Source of the DNA: Candidatus Latescibacterota bacterium
GTDB taxonomy: Bacteria; Latescibacterota; UBA2968
Length of the DNA stretch: 64,000 nt
Direction: 5' to 3'
NCBI GenBank assembly: GCA_965222605.1
Contig: OZ244960.1
Location: forward strand, 2,464,001-2,528,000
Shown here: piece after piece, positions 47,245 through 58,018 of the stretch
Layout of the letters: every line of letters begins with the position of its first letter
Position numbering within the stretch: the stretch's first letter is position 1
Position numbers and translations under genes: made by a program
Notes under the pieces: generated by a model
What the model saw: the letters and a program-made list of their open reading frames with translations, nothing else
Told to the model about the DNA's origin: nothing
Databases searched by the model: none

Positions 47245-47637
47245 TTATCCTCTTTTCATTCTTTCAAGTTCTTCCGCTGCATCCTCCACTGTAATCTCAC
47301 CGGATTCGAGACGGTCGAGGACCTCTTGCTGAGACGCAGCGGACAAATCATCCACCTCGGGATGTGTTCCCGTTGCAACAAAACCGAGTTCTGCAATCAC
47401 ATCATCGAGATGGTTGCGAATCGTGCTATAGGGCACGCGAAGTTCGCGCGTCATCTCTTTGATATTGCCGCGCAATCGGACAAATGTTTCGACAAAAGTC
47501 AGGTTTTCGGGCGTCAAACGGTTAAAAATTGTGGGCTGAAACTCTCCGATAACCTCACATTCACATTGCGTGCAGCGAATGCGGGTGACAATCACATCAC
47601 TCTGGCAGGCTGGGCATTTTTCAATAATTTTACGCAT
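47245..47637 (-). CDS. DUF2089-family zinc-ribbon/HTH protein
   Basis: CPAC..CTQC, FVRLRGNIKEM..L..PYSTIRNHLD, VLDRLESGEITVEDA. AGGAGA RBS. Confidence 0.88.
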   Translation of the reverse strand: MRKIIEKCPACQSDVIVTRIRCTQCECEVIGEFQPTIFNRLTPENLTFVETFVRLRGNIKEMTRELRVPYSTIRNHLDDVIAELGFVATGTHPEVDDLSAASQQEVLDRLESGEITVEDAAEELERMKRG

Positions 47638-47807
47638 TTTTCTCCTTTTTTTCATTTCAGACATCGTTTTGAACAAAATGTTTCACATAATAATAAAAAA
47701 ATTTAGTTTTAAATGCAATTTATTTTTTGAGATTATTTATTTTTATAACATTCCTTCTCATTTGACTTTTTATAATATTTTATTTGATTGTTATAGATGA
47801 CGAAACA

Positions 47808-47834
47808 CGGGACGGCACGGGGACCGTCCCCTAC
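47808..47834 (-). repeat. GTAG-type REP element
   Basis: Reverse complement GTAGGGGACGGTCCCCGTGCCGTCCCG; 26/27 identical to 58019-58045. Confidence 0.8.
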
Positions 47835-47893
47835 AACTTCATGCCGCGATCACAAAGGCACGCGCACTTATCCACCACACAACGAGGCATCCA

Positions 47894-50506
47894 ATGACGC
47901 GCCTATTGATCGTCCTCATCGCATTGATCGGTCTGAGTACACCGGCTCATGCTCGCGTTGATCTCAGCTATTACTTGCCCGAGGACATCACTTATAATCC
48001 CGACATCCCCACACCCGAAGCCTTTTTCGGATTTCAGATTGGCGATTGGCACCTGCGGCACGATCTCATCGTGAACTACATGCACACATTGGCCGAGCGC
48101 TCCGATCGCATTGTCCTCACACAATATGCCCAAACACACCAGCAACGGCCCCTTGTATTGCTCACCATCACATCGCCGCAAAACCACCAAAATCTCGAAA
48201 CCATCCAGAGACAACACCGGCAGCTCACAAACCCAGACCAGTCGCCCGCGCTCGACATCAACACAATGCCCGTGGTCGTGTACATGGGATATAGCATCCA
48301 CGGCAACGAACCCAGCGGAGGCAACGCCGCACCCTTGATTGCATATCACCTATCGGCGGCGCAAGGTCCTGCCATAGACAACCTCCTCGCCAACGCCGTC
48401 ATCTTGCTCGATCCCGTATCCAATCCCGATGGCTTCAGTCGCTTTACACACTGGGCAAATACCCACCGCAGCAAACACCTTGTTGCCGACCCCGAACACC
48501 GAGAGCATCGAGAAATCTGGCCGAGCGGACGCACCAACCACTACTGGTTTGATCTCAACCGCGACTGGGTATTTATCCAGCACCCCGAAAGCAGGGGACG
48601 AATTGAGACATATCACGCCTGGAAACCCAATATGCTCACCGACCACCATGAAATGAGCACCAATTCCACTTACTTTTTTCAACCGGGCATTCCCTCGCGC
48701 AACAATCCCCTCACGCCAGCACGCACCTATGAACTCACCGCTGCAATCGCCAAACGCCACATCAGCGCACTCGATGAAATCGGCACGCTATATTACACAC
48801 GGGAGTCATTCGACGACTTTTACATCGGCAAAGGATCGACCTATCCCGACCTCAATGGCGGCGTAGGCATTCTCTTTGAGCAAGCCAGCGCACGCGGGCT
48901 TATGCAAGAGAGCGTTCACGGACCCATCTCTTTTCCCTTTGCCATACGCAATCAGGTGAAAACTGCCCTATCAACGCTCAAAGCAGCCCATGAACTGCGT
49001 ACCGAACTGCTATCGCATCAGCGCGATTTTTATATCTCCGCAATTGAGGAAGCCGAGGGTGCCACCATCAAAGCTTATGTTTTTGGCGATCCGGATGACA
49101 TAGCGCGCACCCATCATTTTCTCGACTTACTCCAGCAGCATCACATACAAATTTACGATCTCGCGCGCCCCATGCGCATCGGCGATCAAACCTTCGAGCC
49201 TGGCTCGGCCTATATCATTCCCACCGCGCAACCGCAATACCGCTTGCTCACGAGCCTGTTTGAACGCCGCACGACCTTTCGTGACAGCTTATTTTACGAT
49301 GTCTCAGCCTGGACATTGCCCCTGGCATTTAACATGCCCCTGGTCGAGATCAAATCGTCATCTCAGGAATTTATCGGCAACCTGTTGCCGCCGTCTCAAT
49401 TTCCCCGAGGCCGTCTGTCTGTCTTCAATTCAGAGATCAATACTTATACAGGCGAGCAGAGGGCTTACGCGTACCTTTTTGAATGGAACGGACATTACGC
49501 ACCTCGCGCACTTTACCGCCTGCAAAAAGCCGGTATAAGAGCCAAAGTGGCCTCGCGACAGTTCCGCATGCGTATTCCCTCAGACTCGGAGGATATGCAT
49601 ATATTTGACTACGGCACCATACTCATCCCCATGGGCATTCAAAAAAATGATCCGCAGGCGATTCAAAACCTCATGCAAACAATCGCACGCGAAGATGCCC
49701 TCAATGTATTTGCCGTCTCCACCGGGCAAACCGACAGTGGCATTGATCTGGGCAGCCCGGGTTTTATCTCGCTCGAAACACCTCAAATAGCCCTTTTAAT
49801 TGGCAAAGGCGCCGATGTCTATAACGCCGGTGAAGTGTGGCACCTGTTAGACCAGCGCTATAATATGGCTATCAGCCTCATAGATGCCAGCCATGTGCGC
49901 GATATAGACCTCAATCGCTATAATACAATAATTGCAGCAGGCGGGTCTTATAGCGACCTCGACTCTACTGGCGTCAATGCCTTAAAACAGTGGCTGCGCC
50001 ACGGCAACACACTCATTGCCCTCAACAGTGCTGTTCGCTGGGCCATCAATTCCAGGCTCGCCAGTGCCCAATTCGTCGAGCGAGATCGAGAAAATTACAG
50101 TGAACGCAGGGCTTATATCGACGCACCCAGCGATCGTGGGGCACAGATTATTGGCGGCGCTATCTTTCGGGTTCACCTGGACCGTACCCACCCCCTCGCC
50201 TACGGGTATCGCAGTGATAGCCTGCCAGTCTTTCGGCGCGGCACACTTTTTATCCAACCCGTAAACCCTTATGCCACCCCTTTGCAATACGCCAAAAAGC
50301 CCTTGCTCGCAGGTTATGTTTCTGAACAGAACCACAATTATATCGCCGAAACCGCATCCACCCTCGTCGCCAAACAGGGCAATGGCCGCGTCATTCTCAT
50401 GCTCGACAACCCCACCTTCCGCGCCTATTGGTACGGCACCCAAAAACTCTTTGCCAACGCCCTCTTCTTCGGTCCTACCATCAGTCTTCGCACATTGGAT
50501 GAATAA
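47894..50506 (+). CDS. Secreted M14 zinc carboxypeptidase
   Basis: Signal peptide. SIHGNE, NPDG, GRTNHYWFDLNRD, DHHEM. Confidence 0.9.
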   Translation: MTRLLIVLIALIGLSTPAHARVDLSYYLPEDITYNPDIPTPEAFFGFQIGDWHLRHDLIVNYMHTLAERSDRIVLTQYAQTHQQRPLVLLTITSPQNHQNLETIQRQHRQLTNPDQSPALDINTMPVVVYMGYSIHGNEPSGGNAAPLIAYHLSAAQGPAIDNLLANAVILLDPVSNPDGFSRFTHWANTHRSKHLVADPEHREHREIWPSGRTNHYWFDLNRDWVFIQHPESRGRIETYHAWKPNMLTDHHEMSTNSTYFFQPGIPSRNNPLTPARTYELTAAIAKRHISALDEIGTLYYTRESFDDFYIGKGSTYPDLNGGVGILFEQASARGLMQESVHGPISFPFAIRNQVKTALSTLKAAHELRTELLSHQRDFYISAIEEAEGATIKAYVFGDPDDIARTHHFLDLLQQHHIQIYDLARPMRIGDQTFEPGSAYIIPTAQPQYRLLTSLFERRTTFRDSLFYDVSAWTLPLAFNMPLVEIKSSSQEFIGNLLPPSQFPRGRLSVFNSEINTYTGEQRAYAYLFEWNGHYAPRALYRLQKAGIRAKVASRQFRMRIPSDSEDMHIFDYGTILIPMGIQKNDPQAIQNLMQTIAREDALNVFAVSTGQTDSGIDLGSPGFISLETPQIALLIGKGADVYNAGEVWHLLDQRYNMAISLIDASHVRDIDLNRYNTIIAAGGSYSDLDSTGVNALKQWLRHGNTLIALNSAVRWAINSRLASAQFVERDRENYSERRAYIDAPSDRGAQIIGGAIFRVHLDRTHPLAYGYRSDSLPVFRRGTLFIQPVNPYATPLQYAKKPLLAGYVSEQNHNYIAETASTLVAKQGNGRVILMLDNPTFRAYWYGTQKLFANALFFGPTISLRTLDE

Positions 50507-50531
50507 TCGGCGCGCTCCATCAACAAATAAC

Positions 50532-50567
50532 AAAAGAGCACTGATTATAGCGAACCAGTGCTCTTTT
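50532..50567. terminator. Bidirectional terminator
   Basis: AAAAGAGCACTG...CAGTGCTCTTTT between convergent genes. Confidence 0.75.
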
Positions 50568-50594
50568 ATTTTGTCCGCATCAGGGCTTTTGTCT

Positions 50595-51359
50595 TTACCG
50601 TTGAATATCGTGACGCGTGGCATCTTTGGGTACGGGCAAAGCAAAGTCTTCGTCGGACAGATCCATATTGACGGTACGCGATTTTACCTGGATGAGAATA
50701 ACATCCTTGCCTTGCTGTATTTCGATGCGACGGGGTAGTGCAAAGCCTTTTTCGCTGCGGTAATCAGACAGGAGGCGCGCCGATACGAGTTGCCCATCGG
50801 CGTTATAGACTCTTTCTTCGCGCAAGAAGCCCGTACTCGCTTCAATCCAGAGACGGCGCAAATAGAGACCATGTTGCAACTCGAGAAAAATATTTTTTCC
50901 CCCAGATTCAAAGCGCACCACGCGGGAGGCGTCCAGAGAAGAGAGATTGGGCAATCCGAGAATGGCGCGATCATACGCATAGTAGGACAGATCAACGCCC
51001 GTGAGGACGTAGAGCACGTCTTCGGGATGGCCCACGAGATAGCGGTTTTCTCGAGGCAGGTGAACGTGTAGCGTATCGTTTTGGGCACGCGCGGCCATAG
51101 CCACAGTACCGAAACCGCCAACGACGAGTTTGAGATCCGAAGGTAATCGGTGGCGCACAAGTGCAGAAGCCCTGCGTTCGCGCACCCCATCGATAGTGAG
51201 ATCAATACTGGCGCGAACTTCCTGATTGCGCAGGCTGTCGTAGCGGGTAGCGGTGAGATGGAAAAATTCGGCTGAAGAGGTAATGGGCGGCAAAAGGGCA
51301 GGGCGGTTGGCGACACAGCCAGCGGTTAGAAAAAAAACAATAAGTAGAGGATTACGCAT
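50595..51359 (-). CDS. DUF4292/LolB-like lipoprotein
   Basis: Lipobox LTAGC. SDYR....FALPRRIEI and DEDFALPVP C-terminus. Follows a TPR gene. Confidence 0.7.
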   Translation of the reverse strand: MRNPLLIVFFLTAGCVANRPALLPPITSSAEFFHLTATRYDSLRNQEVRASIDLTIDGVRERRASALVRHRLPSDLKLVVGGFGTVAMAARAQNDTLHVHLPRENRYLVGHPEDVLYVLTGVDLSYYAYDRAILGLPNLSSLDASRVVRFESGGKNIFLELQHGLYLRRLWIEASTGFLREERVYNADGQLVSARLLSDYRSEKGFALPRRIEIQQGKDVILIQVKSRTVNMDLSDEDFALPVPKDATRHDIQR

Positions 51360-51376
51360 TGGGGTCGGCGGAGCGT

Positions 51377-53269
51377 CTATTCATTCAAAGAACTGTCGTC
51401 TTTGGAAAGATTTTTGAATTTTTCCCGCAGGGTCTGGTTCTCGGGATCAAATTCTATAGCGCGTTCATAATGGTGACTTGCGCGGGAGAGATCGCCCATT
51501 TTTTGCGCTGCGTCTCCCGCGTGCTCGTGAATAACCGCGAGGTTTTCGCGCAAGCCATCTACAATCGGAGAATTGGGATCGGTTTGGCGAAGGGTTTCTT
51601 TCTCTACAGCGAGTGCGCGGTCCAGCCAGCGCGCGGCGTTTTCATACTGTTTGAGCTGATAATAGACCCAGCCGAGACTATCGAGATAAGCGCCGTTCTC
51701 AGGATCGATTTTCAAGGCGCGTTCAATTAACTTTTTTGCTTCGGTAAGGCGTTCTCCACGCTCGGCGAGCATATACCCCAAATAATTGCTGGCCTCTGCG
51801 TGATCCTGATCCAGTGCCAAAAGGCGTTGAAATATGGCGACAGCGCGATCGAACTGTCCCGCCCGTTCAAGGCTGCGCCCCAGATCAAAGAGCACCTGCT
51901 CGAGAAATTCGGGATTATCTTCCGTATCGGCGACGAGTGGCTCCAGCAGGGGAATGGCTTTTTCCCAGTTGCGATCAAAAAGATATGTACGCGCCAGTTC
52001 GTAGCGAAAACCCGTGTGTTCTGGCCTCGCGTCAACAGCCTGTTGATAGATATTGCGCGCACTGGTAATTTCGTTTTGGCGCAGATAAACGCGGGCGAGG
52101 TCAAACGCGATTTGATCGTAATACTCGCTTTCAGGGCGCGTATCCCGATGGAGATTTTCCAGGATCTGTTGCGCGCTTGCCCAGTTTTCTTCGATCCTGT
52201 ACGAACGGGCTATGCCGAGATGATATTCGGTTTTTTCACCCTGTAAGTTGGCGTGGCGATAGGTTTTGCGCGCATCTGCCGTACGATTGGCATCGAGCAA
52301 CAGACGAGCTTTTGTGCCCAGCAGGGTCTGATTTTCGGGATCGGTTTGCAACTGGTGATTGAGAACGCGTTCGGCCATATCGACAAATAGCATTCTCTCA
52401 TCGTGATCATGACGGCCCTTCACCATTCTGAGGAGCACATTGCCCAACCGATTGACCAGGCGGGGGTCTGGTTCTTCAAGGAGGCGATTTAGATAGTCTG
52501 TGTGGGTATAAATGTGTACTAATTGAACCCAAACCGGGACTGTTTGCTTGTTAACACTATAATCTTGCAGCGCGATTATCCGCCGAAAATATTGTTCGGC
52601 AGAGAGTGTATCGCCCTGGGAGAGCTGTGTTATGCCCAGTTGAAAAAGAAGATCGTCGTTATTGGGGTCATCTTCGAGGATATCGCGATAAATTTGCGCT
52701 GCTTTGTCAAACGCGCGCAGCCGGTGGTAGTTTTCAGCGGCAAAGAGCTTTTCGCGCGTGCCCTGTCCTGGGATAGCAACAATGCTATCGAGCACCGTTA
52801 TGACTTTGCTGCGCTGCCCCCGGGCATTGTAAATTTGGAGAAGTTGATTATAAGCACTCAGGTCTCGCGGCGCGAGCCGTACAATAGTATTTAACTGGTC
52901 AATAGCTGCGGTGGTGTCGCGGCCCTGGCTGAGGGCGTGATAATAGAGCCAGCGGTTTTGCACATTTTCGGGATCAATCTGAACGGCTCTCCGCGCGGGT
53001 TCGACCGCATCTTGGAACCGCCGAACAGCATTGAGATTGCGAGCCAGTGCGCTGTAAAGTGTCGCAGAGGTCGAGTCGTATTGCACAGCGGCTCGCAGTT
53101 CGGAAATAGCCTGATCGCGTTGGCCTGCGGCTTCTGCAAATCGCGCCCGCAAAAAGTGCGTGACGGCCTGAGGGTGAGGAGATGCTTTGGGGGGTACAGA
53201 GCGCAAGCTAAGCTGCGCTGTTGCACAGCCGATGAGCAATGTGAGCAAACAAAAAAATGTGTAACGCAT
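51377..53269 (-). CDS. TPR-repeat lipoprotein
   Basis: Lipobox LIGC, multiple TPRs, NYLGYMLAE..AYLDSLGWVYY. Confidence 0.88.
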   Translation of the reverse strand: MRYTFFCLLTLLIGCATAQLSLRSVPPKASPHPQAVTHFLRARFAEAAGQRDQAISELRAAVQYDSTSATLYSALARNLNAVRRFQDAVEPARRAVQIDPENVQNRWLYYHALSQGRDTTAAIDQLNTIVRLAPRDLSAYNQLLQIYNARGQRSKVITVLDSIVAIPGQGTREKLFAAENYHRLRAFDKAAQIYRDILEDDPNNDDLLFQLGITQLSQGDTLSAEQYFRRIIALQDYSVNKQTVPVWVQLVHIYTHTDYLNRLLEEPDPRLVNRLGNVLLRMVKGRHDHDERMLFVDMAERVLNHQLQTDPENQTLLGTKARLLLDANRTADARKTYRHANLQGEKTEYHLGIARSYRIEENWASAQQILENLHRDTRPESEYYDQIAFDLARVYLRQNEITSARNIYQQAVDARPEHTGFRYELARTYLFDRNWEKAIPLLEPLVADTEDNPEFLEQVLFDLGRSLERAGQFDRAVAIFQRLLALDQDHAEASNYLGYMLAERGERLTEAKKLIERALKIDPENGAYLDSLGWVYYQLKQYENAARWLDRALAVEKETLRQTDPNSPIVDGLRENLAVIHEHAGDAAQKMGDLSRASHHYERAIEFDPENQTLREKFKNLSKDDSSLNE

Positions 53270-53274
53270 GATCG

Positions 53275-54525
53275 TTAATCTCTGGGTGGGCGAAGTTTTG
53301 ATTTGGGTTTTTTGAACTCCCACATCAGTTCGCTACGGCCAAAATCGGTTTCGTGAGACTGCACGATGAGTTTGATGTACTTTGTACGATCTGAAACAAC
53401 CGGTGTTTTCATAACAGTGTGCGCAGAAAAATAGAGTATAAGCAATTTTTCATTTCCTACATAAGTAATATTCATGGGCGGTTCTGCAAAATAGCGCACT
53501 TTTTCACCGGGCGTATAAGTGGGAGAAATATACGTGCCGAACACATCTGTGACTTCGATTTCTCTGCCCGGTACAGAAACCTGGAGTGCTTCGAGCGGAT
53601 AAAATGCCCGCTCTTCAATTTTGGTGGGTTCATACCCGATCTCTTCGCTGTCTTCGAGGTAAATTATCCAGCGACTGAGATCGAGATACGCTTTGTCGTA
53701 AATGGTATTGAATTTTAAGCGAATTTGAATATCGTCATCGAGTCGGTTTTGGCTGGCATAGTCTTCCCATGTGTGGGCAGAAATGCTGTCGGGACCGTAG
53801 TGGGTTTGCAACATGTCAAATTCTGAACGCACGAGATCGGGGACATACAGCGTGGCTGAGATGAGCAGCGGGGAACGCACGACGCGATGGCGTTCGGAAG
53901 CGGTCAACTCGCGGAATTGCAAATCGGGATGCGCGGCAATACTCGGCGCTTGTGGCAAATTGTCTATGGGACGCACCGTGGAAATAAAGCTGCGCACAGT
54001 CCATACTTTGAGCAATTGGGGATATGTCCAGGTATTATCCGAATCGGGTTTTGAAGGCAGGGTGAGTTTATAGACTTCTTTTTTTCCTGAAAATTCGGGA
54101 AAAAGCGGAGAGTTTTGAACGTGGTAATAGGGATGTTGCGCGATGGGAATGGCAAAAACATCGCCTTTGCCAATGAGTTTATCCATGCGCTCAATTTGCT
54201 TGCTATCGAGTGTTGTTTTGAGCGCGTCAAACACGGCACTGGCACTGTCATTAGCACTTTGGCGCAGACTTTTCAGATCTTTCAGTTTGGGAATATGGCC
54301 CTGCCACAAAAGGGCTTCGTTGGTTCGGCGAGCGCGTTCGGTTTGATATTCAATCACGATATCGCGAAGTGCGGAGACGTGTTTGGCAATATGTTCTTTC
54401 TGGTCTGCCCTCGCCTTGAGGTGTTTGCCCAATCGGTCTGCTTCAAGAAGATCCCTGGTATTGGCACCCCAGGCGGTTTGGAGCGCAAAAAGTAAAAGCG
54501 CGACAAAACTTGCTCGGAAAAACAT
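53275..54525 (-). CDS. Secreted hypothetical protein
   Basis: 416-aa ORF with a signal peptide (..TAWG), operon-like spacing; no recognised family. Confidence 0.7.
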   Translation of the reverse strand: MFFRASFVALLLFALQTAWGANTRDLLEADRLGKHLKARADQKEHIAKHVSALRDIVIEYQTERARRTNEALLWQGHIPKLKDLKSLRQSANDSASAVFDALKTTLDSKQIERMDKLIGKGDVFAIPIAQHPYYHVQNSPLFPEFSGKKEVYKLTLPSKPDSDNTWTYPQLLKVWTVRSFISTVRPIDNLPQAPSIAAHPDLQFRELTASERHRVVRSPLLISATLYVPDLVRSEFDMLQTHYGPDSISAHTWEDYASQNRLDDDIQIRLKFNTIYDKAYLDLSRWIIYLEDSEEIGYEPTKIEERAFYPLEALQVSVPGREIEVTDVFGTYISPTYTPGEKVRYFAEPPMNITYVGNEKLLILYFSAHTVMKTPVVSDRTKYIKLIVQSHETDFGRSELMWEFKKPKSKLRPPRD

Positions 54526-54605
54526 GATATGTCCATTTTGTTGAATATTTTGATTTAAAGCCAGCCCACTATTTTAATGTTTGAGTGTCCAAAAGGTTCA
54601 TGTGT

Positions 54606-56768
54606 TTATCTTCGCCCGCGTCTCTTCCGCGAGCCTTTGGGGCGAACATTTTGCGTGTGTGACAAAAGGTGAAAGTCTATCCGCAGGCGTTGCCGGTCGA
54701 GTTGGGCGAGTTGTACTTGAACCGAATCCCCAAGTCGGAAAATCGTTCCCGTGGATTCGCCAACGAGTGCGCCTTGTAACTCGTAGTAAATATAATAATC
54801 ATCGTAGAGATATTTTACGTGAACCAGACCCTCGATGAGTACATCGTTGAGTTGAACAAAAAAGCCGATGGAACGCACATCGACGATGACGGCATCAAAA
54901 CACTCGCCTATTTTGTCTTTCAGATAGAGAATTTGCATGAGCCGAATAGCATCCCACTCGGCTTGTTGCGCGCCGATTTCGCGTTGCGTTGCCAGATCGC
55001 CAATATCGGGAAGGCGGTGTGCGCGGCGCGCCATCTGCCCGGGCGTGATCGCGTGGTTGATCGCATCGCGCAAGGTGCGGTGAAGAATCAGATCGGGGTA
55101 GCGACGAATCGGCGATGTGAAGTGCGTATAAGTATCGCAAGCCAATCCAAAATGACCGACGTTGACCGGCGTGTACACAGCCTTCTTCATTGAACGCAAC
55201 AGGCGATGGCTCAAAATATGACCGATAGGCTCATCCTTGAAATTTGCGAGAAACGCCTGGATGCTGTCTGTCCGCGAGGGATTTGAAAGGCGATACCCCA
55301 GTGTTTTGGCCAGGTCGCAAAATGCGGCGAGTTTTTCACCGTCGGGCGGTTCGTGGACGCGATAGAGAATCGGGATGCCGCCATCGGCCATGCGCCGCGC
55401 GACGATTTCATTGGCCAGGAGCATAAATTCTTCAATGAGGCGGTGACTATTCAGACGGGCGCGGGGGCGAATGTGAATGGGATGGCCCTGATCGTTGAGG
55501 ATAATATGAGGTTCGGGAATTTCAAAGTCGATCGTACCCCTTGCCATGCGTTTCTCTGTCAGACAACTTCTCAGAGCTTCCATATCCCTGAGAATATCGG
55601 CATACGGTTCGGCGGGATTTTCGTGAATTGTAAACGGCTCGCGGTCGAGCACTTGCTGAACCTCTCCGTATGACAGGCTCGCGCGGCTGCGTATCACCGT
55701 TTCTGCAATCTGAGCGTCAATCAGCTCGCCTTCGGGGGTGATATGCGCCAGAATGCTCAGAGTTAGACGATCTTCGCAGGGCTGTAAAGAACAGATATTT
55801 GCGGAGAGCTTTTCCGGCAACATAGGGATAACGCGGTCGGGCAAATACACGCTGCTGCCGCGTGTGAGGGCTTCGTGGTCGAGAGGCGAGCCTTCGGGAA
55901 CATAGTGACTGACATCGGCAATGTGAATGCCCAGACAATAGGTCTGATCATCGAGAACCTGAAGCGATACCGCATCGTCGTGATCGCGCGCATCGGCCGG
56001 ATCAATGGTAAAACAGATCAGATCGCGCAAATCGAGGCGCCGGTCAATTTCCTCTGTGGAAATGCCTTCTGGAATCGCTTCTGTAGCTTCGAGAACATGA
56101 TGGGGAAAATCGAGTGGAAGACCGCGTTTTTTAATAAGGATAAGGGTTTCAATACCCGCATCGTCCGCATTGCCCAGCACTTCGACAATCCGCCCATTGG
56201 GATGGGCACTGGGTGAGGAATATTTGAGGCGGACAACGACCTTTTGCCCCGCCTGAGCACCGTGGGTCAGGTCATCGGGGATATGAATACGTGCGCGGAT
56301 GCGGGGATCATCGGAGATGACAAGAGAAATGCCGTCATTTTCCACATACGTGCCTACCATTGTTTGCTCGGCGCGTTCGACAATGCGAACCAACTCGCCT
56401 TCTGCGCGGTCGCTGCCCTGTGCTCTGCGCGTGAGGCGCGCCACAGCGCGATCGCCGTGTCGCGCACGCCTCATGTGTCTCGCGCCAATAAAAATATCTG
56501 CGCCCCCATCTTCGGGCGCAAGCAGGCCATATCCACTGGTCTGGATACTGATGCGACCAACAACGAGATTGTGGTCAGACGGAATGCCGTAACGGCTGTG
56601 GCGCAACTTTACGAGATCACCATCGCGCACCATGCGGCGAATCAGGCGGCGAAAATCCGAATAAGCCCGATCGGAGACGCGAAGGGCGCGAGCAAGTTCC
56701 CTGATTTTGAGCGGACGTCTGGATTGTTGACGCACAAAATTCAGTACCTGATCGCGAGAGACAGACAT
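54606..56768 (-). CDS. rnr: Ribonuclease R
   Basis: FTIDPADARDHDDAVS, LIEEFMLLAN, YTHFTSPIRRYPDL, S1 domain, basic tail. Confidence 0.95.
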   Translation of the reverse strand: MSVSRDQVLNFVRQQSRRPLKIRELARALRVSDRAYSDFRRLIRRMVRDGDLVKLRHSRYGIPSDHNLVVGRISIQTSGYGLLAPEDGGADIFIGARHMRRARHGDRAVARLTRRAQGSDRAEGELVRIVERAEQTMVGTYVENDGISLVISDDPRIRARIHIPDDLTHGAQAGQKVVVRLKYSSPSAHPNGRIVEVLGNADDAGIETLILIKKRGLPLDFPHHVLEATEAIPEGISTEEIDRRLDLRDLICFTIDPADARDHDDAVSLQVLDDQTYCLGIHIADVSHYVPEGSPLDHEALTRGSSVYLPDRVIPMLPEKLSANICSLQPCEDRLTLSILAHITPEGELIDAQIAETVIRSRASLSYGEVQQVLDREPFTIHENPAEPYADILRDMEALRSCLTEKRMARGTIDFEIPEPHIILNDQGHPIHIRPRARLNSHRLIEEFMLLANEIVARRMADGGIPILYRVHEPPDGEKLAAFCDLAKTLGYRLSNPSRTDSIQAFLANFKDEPIGHILSHRLLRSMKKAVYTPVNVGHFGLACDTYTHFTSPIRRYPDLILHRTLRDAINHAITPGQMARRAHRLPDIGDLATQREIGAQQAEWDAIRLMQILYLKDKIGECFDAVIVDVRSIGFFVQLNDVLIEGLVHVKYLYDDYYIYYELQGALVGESTGTIFRLGDSVQVQLAQLDRQRLRIDFHLLSHTQNVRPKGSRKRRGRR

Positions 56769-56906
56769 ATTTTTATGAATAGATGAGATAGAACCAATGG
56801 CAGACAAACAGGCGGGAGATATGGTGGCGGTGCACGAGCGAAATTGTTATACTGCTGTGGGTGACTATCGTGCAAGGCAAATATACGGAAAGGGCGCGAA
56901 AAAGCA

Positions 56907-57992
56907 ATGCAAAACCTCTACTGGCTGATCACAGCGGCTCTCTTGTGCTTTGGGGGGTGCGCCGCGCAATATGTTCTGGCACCCGACGGGGAATACGATT
57001 ATCGCGTACCCGTTGGGCGGGGTGATGCCCGGGCGGGATTTGAAACCCTATTTGTTTCCACCGTAAAAGTCGTGTGGACGCCCCAATATGCCAACGTATT
57101 TTACACACATGATAGGAGAGATGACAGGGGTTTCTTGCTCCATTTGCCTTTAACAGATAAAAACAGCCCAACGGGCTATCGGCTGGCGCGAGATGGCATC
57201 CGCGAAACAGTCGATTCTTATTCCAAAGTGGGCACCGCGCTTGTGGTTGCGCGGCAATCCGCGACCAATCAATACGACGTGGCAATTGCACTGACAAATG
57301 CACATCTGGTGACGGCACCGGATACCATTCGGTACTTTATGCGGGATGCCCGAGGCCTGAAAACAAATGTACTCGAACGGATCTCCATTAAGATCAGTAC
57401 CGCATTGCACGTGGTCAATCGCGATGGGGAAAGCATCCATTCGAAAATCTTGCGCCTCGACCCCGAAGCAGACCTGGCCTTGCTCAAACTCAATATTCCC
57501 AATCTGATGAAAAAGCCATTGCCTTTTTTCTTGCGGCTGGGCAAGACATCGGATCTGCAATGGGGCAATTTTGTCTATATCGTAGGTCATCCAAAAAATA
57601 AGATGCGCCTCACCGCGGGCACAGTGAGTTTGGACGAAGATGAAGATCGGTTTTTTGTCGATGCTCCCATCCGTGCAGGCTACAGTGGCGGGCCTGTGGT
57701 TGCTGTGCGAGATGGTTTGCCCAATTTTGAACTCGTGGGCCTTTGTCGGGGAGCGACAACAGAAACATTTCGCTTGTTGGTGCCCAACCGAAAATTAAAC
57801 GAAGGCGCAGTACTATCGCCCGACTTGCTCGGTCAAATCTCGGTTGAAGAGCGCGAGGTGGTGGAACCCGGTTTGGGGTTTGTCGTGGGAACTGAAGCCG
57901 TCAAACGATTTTTATTGGATAGTCGCGATCCGCTCCGCAAGATCGGTGTAAATGTCAAAACCGATACGGCATTGCGAATGTGGGGGTTTTGA
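56907..57992 (+). CDS. Trypsin-like serine protease, probable lipoprotein
   Basis: FGGC lipobox; catalytic triad motifs LTNAH, DLALL, GYSGGP. Confidence 0.82.
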   Translation: MQNLYWLITAALLCFGGCAAQYVLAPDGEYDYRVPVGRGDARAGFETLFVSTVKVVWTPQYANVFYTHDRRDDRGFLLHLPLTDKNSPTGYRLARDGIRETVDSYSKVGTALVVARQSATNQYDVAIALTNAHLVTAPDTIRYFMRDARGLKTNVLERISIKISTALHVVNRDGESIHSKILRLDPEADLALLKLNIPNLMKKPLPFFLRLGKTSDLQWGNFVYIVGHPKNKMRLTAGTVSLDEDEDRFFVDAPIRAGYSGGPVVAVRDGLPNFELVGLCRGATTETFRLLVPNRKLNEGAVLSPDLLGQISVEEREVVEPGLGFVVGTEAVKRFLLDSRDPLRKIGVNVKTDTALRMWGF

Positions 57993-58018
57993 ATCCGCGG
58001 GGATATGTATTATATTGT

